Below, piece by piece: positions 19,740 through 28,650 of a stretch of DNA of 64,000 nucleotides; within the stretch, counting starts at the first letter, position 1; every line of letters begins with the position of its first letter. The stretch covers positions 243,845-307,844 of the forward strand of contig CAYYQK010000001.1 in assembly GCA_964473815.1 (NCBI GenBank), given 5' to 3'. Below the pieces are notes generated by a model, which saw only the letters and a list, made by a program, of their open reading frames with translations, was not told where the DNA came from and made no database searches. Origin of the DNA: an uncultured Candidatus Saccharibacteria bacterium (GTDB lineage Bacteria; Patescibacteriota; Doudnabacteria; UBA920). The translations under genes and the position numbers were made by a program.

Positions 19740-19937
19740 CTATAAGATAGCCGGCCTTGGACCTCTGGTTTCGGGATTCACTGCTCGCGTCCCATTGCAG
19801 TTGGAGCACTTATCCCCATCTTTGCAACGGGGGCAACGCACCATCCCGCCAAAAAACACGCTTCTGCTTTTCTCCTCTAAAACCAATGGTTCCGCTGGGG
19901 GGTTCGGAGCCATTCCTACACTCACCGCTAAGTCCAT
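19740..19937 (-). CDS. small Cys-rich (zinc-finger-like) hypothetical protein
   Basis: CPRC..CSNCNG, purine-rich upstream region. Confidence 0.55.
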   Translation of the reverse strand: MDLAVSVGMAPNPPAEPLVLEEKSRSVFFGGMVRCPRCKDGDKCSNCNGTRAVNPETRGPRPAIL

Positions 19938-20014
19938 TTATTTATGTTCCCTTCTCCTCATTTTTCTCACATATTAAAAAGTGCCTTCTGGCACAGCGAT
20001 TATAATAACTAATT

Positions 20015-21793
20015 ATGAAGAATATGTCAACACCTAACGATTCAAACAATTTAGCAAATAAACGTCACTCCCTTGCCCACCTCTTAGCTGCAAGTGTTTT
20101 AGAGATGTATCCGGACACCAAACTGGGTATTGGTCCAGTTGTGGATAACGGTTTTTACTATGATCTTATCACTCCACAGCCAATTACTCCGGATGATTTA
20201 CCAAAATTGCAGAAGAACATGCAAAAGCTTATTAAAAGTGCCTTGGGTTTTGAACGACAAGAACTTTCTTTTGCTGATGCACGCAAATTTTTCGAAGAGC
20301 GCAATCAAACATTTAAAGTTGATCTAATTAACGATCTTGAAGCCAGTGGCGAAGTAGAAAATGTCAGTCTATATACAACTGGTTCGTTTGTAGATTTGTG
20401 CCGCGGCGGCCATATCGAAACCACTAAGGATTTAGATCCAAATTCTTTCCGACTTGATAAAATTGCTGGTGCGTACTGGCGGGGTGATGAAAAGAATCCA
20501 ATGATGACTCGCATTTACGGTTTAGCATTCAATACTGCTGATGAATTACAAAGTTTTTTGAAAATGCGTGAAGAAGCCGAGGCTCGCGATCACAAAAAGC
20601 TTGGACCAGAATTAGATTTGTTTGTCTTTTCCGATTTAGTTGGCTCAGGTTTACCACTATGGACTCCAAAAGGAACTTTAGTTCGTAACTTGCTCGACGA
20701 TTTTGTTTGGTCACTGCGCAAAGCTCACGATTACGAAAAAGTAGAGATTCCGCACATTACAAAAAAAGATTTGTACGAACGCAGTGGTCATTGGGACAAA
20801 TTCAAAGATGAGTTGTTCAGGATTACGACTCGCGAAGGTCATGAGTTTGCAATGAAACCAATGAACTGTCCGCATCACACGCAAATTTACTATCGCAAAC
20901 GCTGGAGCTACCGCGATCTTCCACAGCGTTATGCAAACACAACTATGTGTTACCGCGATGAACAATCTGGTGAACTATCTGGTTTGTCACGTGTTCGTGC
21001 TTTTGCGCAAGATGATGCGCATGTGTTCGCACGCATGTCCCAAGTCAAAGATGAATTCAATAAAATCTTTGATATTGTTGAACAGTTCTATAAAACTTTT
21101 GGTTTCGATTTGAAAGTACGTTTGTCTTTACGTGATCCAAAAGAACCAGAAAAGTATTTGGGCGAGCCGGCAAAATGGGATGAAGCCGAAAGCCTGCTCA
21201 AAGAAATTGCATCTGAACGTCAAATTGAAACTTTCGACGGCTTAGGAGAAGCAGCCTTTTATGGGCCCAAGCTCGACTTTATGGCTAACGATTCAATTGG
21301 TCGACAATGGCAAGTTGCTACTATTCAAATCGATTTCAATCAACCAGAACGATTTGATTTATTCTGTATAAACGAAAGTGGCGAACAGGAACGGATTGTC
21401 ATGATCCACGCAGCGATCATGGGTTCACTTGAACGCTTCTTGTCGATATTCATAGAACATACCGCAGGACAATTCCCTGTTTGGTTAGCGCCAGTGCAAG
21501 CAATTGTGGTTCCAGTGTCAGAAAAGCAAAATAGTTATGCAGAAGAAGTAGTTAAAACTTTACGCGAACAAATTTCTGGCTTGCGTATTGAAGTCGATTT
21601 GCGAAGTGAATCAATGGGTAAAAGAATTCGCGAAGCTGCGAAACAAAAAGTTCCTTATATTTTAGTCGTGGGTGATAAGGAAATTCAAGCCAAGGCCGTA
21701 GCTGTGCGTGGCCGCAATGATGAAGACCTGGGCGCAATTGCTGTAAGCGAATTTGCACAGCGACTACAAACAGAAATCTCTGACAAGAAATAA
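20015..21793 (+). CDS. thrS: threonyl-tRNA synthetase (lacks N-terminal TGS domain)
   Basis: HSLAH, DLCRGGH, KPMNCP, FYGPKLD, MIHAAIMGSLERF. Confidence 0.98.
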   Translation: MKNMSTPNDSNNLANKRHSLAHLLAASVLEMYPDTKLGIGPVVDNGFYYDLITPQPITPDDLPKLQKNMQKLIKSALGFERQELSFADARKFFEERNQTFKVDLINDLEASGEVENVSLYTTGSFVDLCRGGHIETTKDLDPNSFRLDKIAGAYWRGDEKNPMMTRIYGLAFNTADELQSFLKMREEAEARDHKKLGPELDLFVFSDLVGSGLPLWTPKGTLVRNLLDDFVWSLRKAHDYEKVEIPHITKKDLYERSGHWDKFKDELFRITTREGHEFAMKPMNCPHHTQIYYRKRWSYRDLPQRYANTTMCYRDEQSGELSGLSRVRAFAQDDAHVFARMSQVKDEFNKIFDIVEQFYKTFGFDLKVRLSLRDPKEPEKYLGEPAKWDEAESLLKEIASERQIETFDGLGEAAFYGPKLDFMANDSIGRQWQVATIQIDFNQPERFDLFCINESGEQERIVMIHAAIMGSLERFLSIFIEHTAGQFPVWLAPVQAIVVPVSEKQNSYAEEVVKTLREQISGLRIEVDLRSESMGKRIREAAKQKVPYILVVGDKEIQAKAVAVRGRNDEDLGAIAVSEFAQRLQTEISDKK

Positions 21794-21876
21794 AGAAAAA
21801 ATAAATTAAATAGGCAAAACAAAACCGCAATCACATACTACGTGACTGCGGTTTTTTGAAATGGCTAGTGGGAGAG

Positions 21877-22659
21877 TTATTTGATCTTGATGTTAAGACC
21901 TAATACTGGGCTAACATAGAACCCTCTCTCGGTTTTGCCGAAAATAGGAACTGAGCTGTCGAAACCAACAAAGATCGTAAACCGATTGTTCAACTTCTTT
22001 TGAATGGTCAATCCAGTGTGGTTGATACCTACGACTTGATTCTTGGGACCATAACCGTAAATATTGTTGTCGAGACTGATCCCTTGTTTCAGCTTGAGAC
22101 TGAAAGTTTTGAATTCTTTCTCAACTTCGATACTGTGGACAGTAAACCAGCCTCCGGGGACGGACCGATCATTTGTTTGAATCGCACCGACTGTCCCGAT
22201 GTAGGAAACCTTAACTTTACGATCTGTGAATACGTGGCCATAGTCCAGACGTTCGTTGGTAACGTGCAAGTTTGGCACTCGCCAGTCGCCGGCGGTTAAA
22301 GTCAGATTGTTCTTTTCATCAAACTGAACGCCCAAGTAGGGGTCGACTTGGAATTCCGAGCCGTCACCTATCCGACCGTTGGCCTGAGTTGATGTCCAGA
22401 GGTAAACACCAATGGTATATTTCCCGCGCGTGCAATTTACATCGAACCCCGTGGTGAAGGTGGGCTTCGAGTAATATCGTGCCCCAAGGTCTTCGTCCAG
22501 GTATGACCCATGGAATCCGACATCAGCTGTCGCCGATACCGGACACTTACCAGGCGAAGGCTTCGGATCAGGTGCCACGATCACTGTGTTGTTCTGAGCA
22601 TGTGTGGAAACAAAAAACAAAAACAAAACTGCGACTACCAAAAGCATTTTTTTAGCCAT
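21877..22659 (-). CDS. secreted beta-strand-rich protein, outer-membrane beta-barrel-like
   Basis: Sec signal ending THA-Q, alternating amphipathic strands; perfect TTGACA-17-TATAAT promoter and GAGGAG. Confidence 0.6.
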   Translation of the reverse strand: MAKKMLLVVAVLFLFFVSTHAQNNTVIVAPDPKPSPGKCPVSATADVGFHGSYLDEDLGARYYSKPTFTTGFDVNCTRGKYTIGVYLWTSTQANGRIGDGSEFQVDPYLGVQFDEKNNLTLTAGDWRVPNLHVTNERLDYGHVFTDRKVKVSYIGTVGAIQTNDRSVPGGWFTVHSIEVEKEFKTFSLKLKQGISLDNNIYGYGPKNQVVGINHTGLTIQKKLNNRFTIFVGFDSSVPIFGKTERGFYVSPVLGLNIKIK

Positions 22660-22774
22660 TTCTATTTCTCCTCGTAATCAGATTTGCCAAATTATATCAC
22701 AGGAACCCTGTTTTGTCAACGAAAAAGCACTGCTTTTGAGCAGTGCTTAATTTAAGCTTTTTGTGATAAGGAAA

Positions 22775-23017
22775 TTAATTCAGGACCTTGCAAGGATTTG
22801 CTGATGACGTCCCACAAGGCGTAAATCCACGATTAACATTTGGTGTATTTTTATAATGATCATATAAATCACCTTCTCCGGGTTGGATATTCCTATATGG
22901 ATTCGCTAAATATAATAAATAAAACCAAAGAAGTATTGCTGCCGCTACAACTACCATACAAGCCAAAACAATTAGTACCATGCGCCCATTTTTGGAAAGT
23001 GGTTTTTTACCAATCAT
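22775..23017 (-). CDS. small membrane protein
   Basis: Single TM, C-terminal Cys pair; follows map. Confidence 0.6.
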   Translation of the reverse strand: MIGKKPLSKNGRMVLIVLACMVVVAAAILLWFYLLYLANPYRNIQPGEGDLYDHYKNTPNVNRGFTPCGTSSANPCKVLN

Positions 23018-23027
23018 AGAATATGAC

Positions 23028-23786
23028 TTAAGTTAAAATTCTGACGCCGTTTTTTGTAACTGCAATTGTATGTTCAAAATGAGCAGCTAGGCCACCGTCA
23101 TGAGTGCGAATCGTCCAGCCATCGTGATCAAAAAATACGCGACCCTTAAACTGACAAACCATCGGTTCGATTGCAAGAACCATATCTTCTACCAACTCAA
23201 TTCCCTTTCCTGGTTTGCCGTAACATGGTACGGCCGGGTCTTCGTGAACTGCATAGCCGACGCCATGACCCACCAAATCGCGGACAACACTAAAACCCGC
23301 AGTTTCAACTGCGGTCTGAATCGCGTGACCAATATCACCAATGTGGTTACCAGGCTTAACTTGCTTTAAAGCTAGATCCAAAGATTCCTTAGTAACTTTA
23401 ATCAAACGATTAGCAACAGTTGAAATTTTTCCAACGCCAATTGTAATCGCAGTATCGGTATAAAGTTTTTTATATTCCATCCCGATGTCGAGACCTATGA
23501 TATCACCTTCTTCTAAGACATCAGTCTTAGAAGGAATTCCATGGACAATGACATCATTTATGGAAGTGCAAAGACCGGCGGGAAATTGATTGTGCTTATC
23601 ACCGTAACCAATAAAACTTGGTCTAGCGCCAACCTTGCGCATTTCTTTCTGAGCAAACTCGTTTAATTCCCATGTCGAAACTCCGGGCTTAGCCAGCTCG
23701 GCAGTTCGATGCAAAATATCTCGCAAGATTTTACCACCCTCGCCTATCGCATCAATCTCTTCTTTGGTTTTCGTGTACTTCTTCAT
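23028..23786 (-). CDS. map: methionine aminopeptidase type I
   Basis: SINDVIVHGIP, GHGVG..HEDP, AIEPM, AHFEHT. Confidence 0.97.
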   Translation of the reverse strand: MKKYTKTKEEIDAIGEGGKILRDILHRTAELAKPGVSTWELNEFAQKEMRKVGARPSFIGYGDKHNQFPAGLCTSINDVIVHGIPSKTDVLEEGDIIGLDIGMEYKKLYTDTAITIGVGKISTVANRLIKVTKESLDLALKQVKPGNHIGDIGHAIQTAVETAGFSVVRDLVGHGVGYAVHEDPAVPCYGKPGKGIELVEDMVLAIEPMVCQFKGRVFFDHDGWTIRTHDGGLAAHFEHTIAVTKNGVRILT

Positions 23787-23796
23787 CTATGAATTA

Positions 23797-24417
23797 CTAT
23801 TTAAGCTTGCCTTCTAAAAAATCATTGATAATATTTTGGATGTGTTTGCGAACTTCAGCCCGCGAGCCCATGCCGTCAATAGTTTTATAAGCGTAAACAG
23901 ATTTAAAAAAAGTTACAACCTCAGTAATATTTTTTCTATAATACTTAGCGCGGTTTTTTAACCCAGCAGTACTATCATCGGCGCGCTTATTAAATTTAGT
24001 GCGATAGTAACCTTTGCGTTTTTGAATACGCTTAATTACTTCGCTTGTAGGGATTTTAATATAAAGCACTAACGGGTCGGTGCGCTTTTTAGTTTTCAAA
24101 AGACGAGCAACAATTTTTGCTTCGCCCAACATTTTTGGATGACCATCAAACAAAATCCCTTTATTTAAAGGTGTTTTTAAAATTGTATCCTTGTTAAGTT
24201 GTCGAACAATTTTGGTGGGAGTTAAAATTCCTCGATCACCAGTTTGAGCTTGAATCTTATCAAAACTTTTATTTTTTTCACGCAGCAATGTTAACTCCCG
24301 ACCCATATCGTAGTCGAGCATTTTATATTTCTTAGCGACATAAGCAGCTTGTGTAGCTTTGCCTGCACCTGGATCACCAAGAATTATTAAGTTAAACGGT
24401 TGCACACGCTTTGGCAT
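23797..24417 (-). CDS. adenylate kinase family protein (basic paralog)
   Basis: GDPGAGKATQA P-loop, LFDGHPK, RADD. Confidence 0.85.
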   Translation of the reverse strand: MPKRVQPFNLIILGDPGAGKATQAAYVAKKYKMLDYDMGRELTLLREKNKSFDKIQAQTGDRGILTPTKIVRQLNKDTILKTPLNKGILFDGHPKMLGEAKIVARLLKTKKRTDPLVLYIKIPTSEVIKRIQKRKGYYRTKFNKRADDSTAGLKNRAKYYRKNITEVVTFFKSVYAYKTIDGMGSRAEVRKHIQNIINDFLEGKLK

Positions 24418-25007
24418 TATTCTGCTTCTACTCCTATTGCATTATCAATGCGCTCTTTAACCTGTTCTATTGTACCAACTCCATCGATAGTAAATAGTTC
24501 GCCAATTCCCTGTAAAAATTTTAATACTGGTTTAGTTTCAGTGTCGTAAAGTTCAAGACGGAAACGAATTTTATCAGGAGTGTCATCTACGCGAAATTCG
24601 TGGTGAGCCCGTTCGAGTAAGCGTTTAACTGATTCTTCTTTTGGCACATCAATATGAACAGTTGCGAATTGAGTGTAACCGTTCTGCTGGAGATAGCTCA
24701 CCAAATGCAAACCTTGCGGTACTGTGCGCGGCACACCGTCAAATAAAATACGTTTGTGCTTAATGACCTCAGGAAGTTCAGTATTCAGAACCCGAAAAAG
24801 TTCTTGGTCTTCAAGCAAACGGCCATTATCGATTAAATCTTTCACTTTACGGCCGAATGGCGTATCTTTTTTAGCTTCTTCGCGCAAAATTGCGCCCATT
24901 TCCCAATAAAAATAGCCCAAGCGCTCAGCCAAAACTTTGCCTTGGGTTCCTTTACCGGAACCTTGCGGTCCGATCATAAAAATTGCATCAAATTTTGGTA
25001 TTTCCAT
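24417..25007 (-). CDS. adk: adenylate kinase family protein
   Basis: GPQGSGKGTQ, FDGVPRT, RVDD; ATG at 25007. Confidence 0.88.
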   Translation of the reverse strand: MEIPKFDAIFMIGPQGSGKGTQGKVLAERLGYFYWEMGAILREEAKKDTPFGRKVKDLIDNGRLLEDQELFRVLNTELPEVIKHKRILFDGVPRTVPQGLHLVSYLQQNGYTQFATVHIDVPKEESVKRLLERAHHEFRVDDTPDKIRFRLELYDTETKPVLKFLQGIGELFTIDGVGTIEQVKERIDNAIGVEAE

Positions 25008-25060
25008 CTGCCTTAAGTATACGATTTTCAGCACATTTACGCAAATTTGTGTTATAATTT

Positions 25061-25173
25061 AGATATCTTGAAAATGTCTTCGCACGCGGATACACTCTGT
25101 CTCGTTCAGTCTCCCAGACTGAACGCGCGCGTTCGCCAATGATCCGCTTAGCGAAATACATTTTCAATAATCT
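25061..25173 (+). other. long imperfect hairpin in 5' leader of antiporter gene
   Basis: TTGAAAATGT/ACATTTTCAA, TTCGC/GCGAA, GCGGAT/ATCCGC, CGTTCAGTCT/AGACTGAACG nested pairs just after extended -10 TGTTATAAT. Confidence 0.7.
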
Positions 25174-25192
25174 ATAGAGATAAAAACAAAAA

Positions 25193-26914
25193 ATGAATCA
25201 GATGTTTCTGGAATTAACCGGCATTTTAATTGCCGCGGCTGTGCTGGCTTACGTTCTGCACTTTTTAAAGCAGCCCAGCATTATCGCCTATATCATTACA
25301 GGTTTGATGATTGGCCCTTTTGCAATTTACAATTTTCAGCACACTGACATTCTGCACGGTCTGTCCGAAGTTGGAATTACTTTGTTGTTGTTCATGATAG
25401 GTTTGGACCTAGATGTCTCGCAGCTTAAACGCATCGGGAAAACCGCGGTGTTTGCTGGAATTGGCCAGGTGATTTTCACAACTCTAGCAGGGTTTGTTTT
25501 GGTGACCATGCTCGGCTTTAGTTTTATGTCGGCAATATATATTTCTTTGGCCCTTACTTTTTCTTCGACAATCATTGTTGTAAAATTGCTTTCCGAAAAA
25601 AAGGATATGCAAAGTTTGTATGGCAAACTCGCAGTCGGAATTTTTTTGGTACAGGACATTGCTGCAATTTTTATTTTGATTTTGATCAGCAGCTTAACCA
25701 GTTCTGGCGAAGCTAATCTTGCTGGCGGCGGGCCAATTGCAAATATCATCGTTGCATTGGGTAAGGCGTTCATAATAGGCATGATAGTGGCCGCCATTAG
25801 CCGCACCATTTTCCCTAAACTATTAAAAAGTTTGGTGAAGTCTGATGAGTTAACTTTATTATTTTCGCTCGCATGGGCGTTAGGACTAGGGGCATTATTC
25901 AGCTCACCAATAATTGGATTCAACGCCGCGATTGGCGGTTTTATTGCTGGACTGGCCCTTGCCAACACCGGCGCACACTATCAAATTAGCGGCCGAGTTA
26001 AGCCTTTGCGAGACTTTTTTATTATCATCTTTTTCATCGTTCTCGGATCACAACTGGTCTTTAGCCATATTCATGATGCGATTTGGCCAGCATTAATTTT
26101 AACTGGGTTTGTTTTGATCGGTAATCCGTTGATTGTCACAATTATTTTAGGAGTCCAGGGATATAAATTGCGAACTTCGTTTATGGCCGGCGTAACTGTG
26201 GCACAAGTTTCTGAGTTTAGTCTAATTTTGATGTCATTAGGACTGGCGGCTGGCCATGTTAGCGAAACTGATGTCACGGTTGTAACTTTAGTAGGAATCA
26301 TCACAATTAGCATGTCATCATATGGAATTCTTTACTCTAGTAAATTGTATGAAAAATTGATTAGTCACCTAGCTGTGTTTTTTGAAGGACGCAACAATGG
26401 TAGCCGTGAAAAATCTCTCGGTGACGTAATTCTTAAACGTCACATTGTAATTGTTGGTGCGCACAGGCTTGGTGAACACATTGCGCATACTTTATTAAAG
26501 CAAAAAGAACAAATTGTTGTTGTAGATTTTAATCCTGATGTAGTGAGTCATTTTAGCGAGCACGGGATTTTAGCAATTCTGGGTGATATTTCTGATCCAT
26601 ATATTCAAGAGGTTGCGCGCCTGTCTGATGCACGGATGGTAATCTGCTCTATCCCCGACTATAGTGATACTTTGGCACTGCTCGAAGCCATTCATCATAA
26701 CTTACATAAACGTCCGAAAGTCATTGTTGCAGCAAGTGACGAAAGTGAAGCTTTGCAACTGTACGAAAAAGGTGCTGGATATGTCTTACTCCCTCACTTT
26801 GTGGGAAGCCAGCATTTAGCCCATGTGGTTGAACAAAGTGTGGAAAATCGAGGGTTGAGCAAGCTTCGCGAAAAGCATCTGAAGGCATTGCGCCGCGCTT
26901 TGGAAGTAGTGTAG
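25193..26914 (+). CDS. CPA2/Kef-type cation:proton antiporter with TrkA_N domain
   Basis: LLLFMIGL, FSSTIIV, LVQD, QVSEFS; C-terminal GAHRLG RCK domain. Confidence 0.92.
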   Translation: MNQMFLELTGILIAAAVLAYVLHFLKQPSIIAYIITGLMIGPFAIYNFQHTDILHGLSEVGITLLLFMIGLDLDVSQLKRIGKTAVFAGIGQVIFTTLAGFVLVTMLGFSFMSAIYISLALTFSSTIIVVKLLSEKKDMQSLYGKLAVGIFLVQDIAAIFILILISSLTSSGEANLAGGGPIANIIVALGKAFIIGMIVAAISRTIFPKLLKSLVKSDELTLLFSLAWALGLGALFSSPIIGFNAAIGGFIAGLALANTGAHYQISGRVKPLRDFFIIIFFIVLGSQLVFSHIHDAIWPALILTGFVLIGNPLIVTIILGVQGYKLRTSFMAGVTVAQVSEFSLILMSLGLAAGHVSETDVTVVTLVGIITISMSSYGILYSSKLYEKLISHLAVFFEGRNNGSREKSLGDVILKRHIVIVGAHRLGEHIAHTLLKQKEQIVVVDFNPDVVSHFSEHGILAILGDISDPYIQEVARLSDARMVICSIPDYSDTLALLEAIHHNLHKRPKVIVAASDESEALQLYEKGAGYVLLPHFVGSQHLAHVVEQSVENRGLSKLREKHLKALRRALEVV

Positions 26915-26923
26915 AATCTGTCT

Positions 26924-28249
26924 ATGAATGAATTGAACCTCTACAACACTTTGACTCGGAAAATCGAGAAGGTTTGGCCTGTTGATGGCAAAACCATTCA
27001 TCTCTATACTTGTGGGCCGACTGTCTATAATTATGTTCACATTGGCAATTTGCGTTCGTACATTGCTGCGGATTTGTTATACCGCACTTTAATTTTCGAC
27101 GGTTACAATGTGCAATATGTGATGAATATTACTGATGTTGATGATAAAACTATCCGCGGCACAATTGAAGAATTTGGTGAAAACGCTTCTGTAGAAAATT
27201 TACACGAATACACTTCGCGTTTTTTGGATGCATTCTTGGAAGACTTAAAAGCTGTGAATATTGATGTGGCTAACATAAAGTTAATTCGAGTGTCGGAAGT
27301 CATTCCCCAAATTCAAGAATTTATTTTGCAATTGATTGAAAAAGGTTACGCTTACCACACTGATGACGGCGTCTACTTTAGCATTAAAAAATACCAAGCG
27401 GATTTTCATGACTATGGCGCGTTGGTCGGGGAAAAGTTTCTCGAGGGAAAAAAGATTGGCGCTCGGGTTGCTGTTGATGAATATGACAAAGATGATCTTT
27501 CAGATTTTGCGTTATGGAAAAAACATTCTGAAGAAGATGGTCAAATTTTTTGGGATCACGAAGTGCTTGGTAAAGGCCGCCCGGGTTGGCACATTGAATG
27601 TTCAGTTATAAATAAAGTTGGTTTTGGGGATAGTGTAATTGATATTCACACTGGCGGCGTTGATTTGATTTTTCCTCATCACACAAATGAAATTGCTCAG
27701 TCACAACCTTTGGGACCATTTGTGAAGCATTGGATGCATGCAGAACATTTGCAAGTCAACGACGAAAAAATGGCAAAGTCAAAACAAAATTTTTACACTT
27801 TGCGGGACATAGAAGAAAAAGGTTTTTCTGGTTTAGATTTGCGCTATCTATATTTACAAAGTCATTACAAAACTCAAAGTAATTTTTCTTGGAAAAGTTT
27901 AGAAGCAGCGCACTCAGCGCTAAGCAAGCTAAAAAGTTTTGATTCCAGCGGCGCCACAGCCAGCGAAGAATTTAAATCCAGCCTAAACAATGATTTAAAT
28001 TTGCCCAAAGCTTTAGCAGCAGCTTGGGAAGATAAAGAAAATTTGCAAAAGTATGATGAAGTACTGGGATTGCGATTAGGTGAAAAGGTTGAAGTCGAAG
28101 TTTCAGAAGAAGTCCAAAAACTTCTGGACGAACGACAAGCTGCTCGCAACGACAAAGACTTCGCTCGCTCCGACGAACTCCGCGATGAAATCGCCAAACA
28201 TGGCTTCGAAGTCAAAGATACCAGCGAGGGACAAAAAATCAGTAAATAA
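26924..28249 (+). CDS. cysS: cysteinyl-tRNA synthetase
   Basis: CGPTVY..HIGN, GRPGWHIECS, KMAKS. Confidence 0.98.
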   Translation: MNELNLYNTLTRKIEKVWPVDGKTIHLYTCGPTVYNYVHIGNLRSYIAADLLYRTLIFDGYNVQYVMNITDVDDKTIRGTIEEFGENASVENLHEYTSRFLDAFLEDLKAVNIDVANIKLIRVSEVIPQIQEFILQLIEKGYAYHTDDGVYFSIKKYQADFHDYGALVGEKFLEGKKIGARVAVDEYDKDDLSDFALWKKHSEEDGQIFWDHEVLGKGRPGWHIECSVINKVGFGDSVIDIHTGGVDLIFPHHTNEIAQSQPLGPFVKHWMHAEHLQVNDEKMAKSKQNFYTLRDIEEKGFSGLDLRYLYLQSHYKTQSNFSWKSLEAAHSALSKLKSFDSSGATASEEFKSSLNNDLNLPKALAAAWEDKENLQKYDEVLGLRLGEKVEVEVSEEVQKLLDERQAARNDKDFARSDELRDEIAKHGFEVKDTSEGQKISK

Positions 28250-28319
28250 AAAAGAGGCCCAAAAAGCAGGGTCTCTTTTGAGAACATCAGTCACATCTTA
28301 AGCGGCTAGGTGTGTAATC

Positions 28320-28514
28320 CTAGGAAAAGCCTTTCTTGTCGTGAGGGTGTGTGTTTCGCTCCACGCGCTCGCGGTCGATGTTTGCCAAATTGGCTTCGAC
28401 GTACTCTTCTTCTATGCGCCGCTGTTGCGAGATCCAGTTGAAGTACTGGTCGCCCCAATCTTCACGCCTAAGAACACTCTTGGGCATAGTGTAAAATTGA
28501 TAATTTTTTGCCAC
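28320..28514 (-). CDS. small hypothetical protein
   Basis: AAGGAG 7 nt before GTG start; promoter TTGACT-17-TATAAT. Confidence 0.6.
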   Translation of the reverse strand: MAKNYQFYTMPKSVLRREDWGDQYFNWISQQRRIEEEYVEANLANIDRERVERNTHPHDKKGFS

Positions 28515-28650
28515 GAATTTACTCCTTAAGATTGTCTAAAATTTTACCAATTATAGGTATTTTCATCTCTTTAGTCAATTCTCCCTCACTCGACCAAATT
28601 CTGCTACAATAGATAGACCAGGTGCGGAAAAACAATAGAAACCAAGCAAA

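Noticed and set aside
20015-20100. Truncated thrS pseudogene
   Set aside because: Only the dispensable TGS domain is missing; editing, catalytic and anticodon domains are intact.
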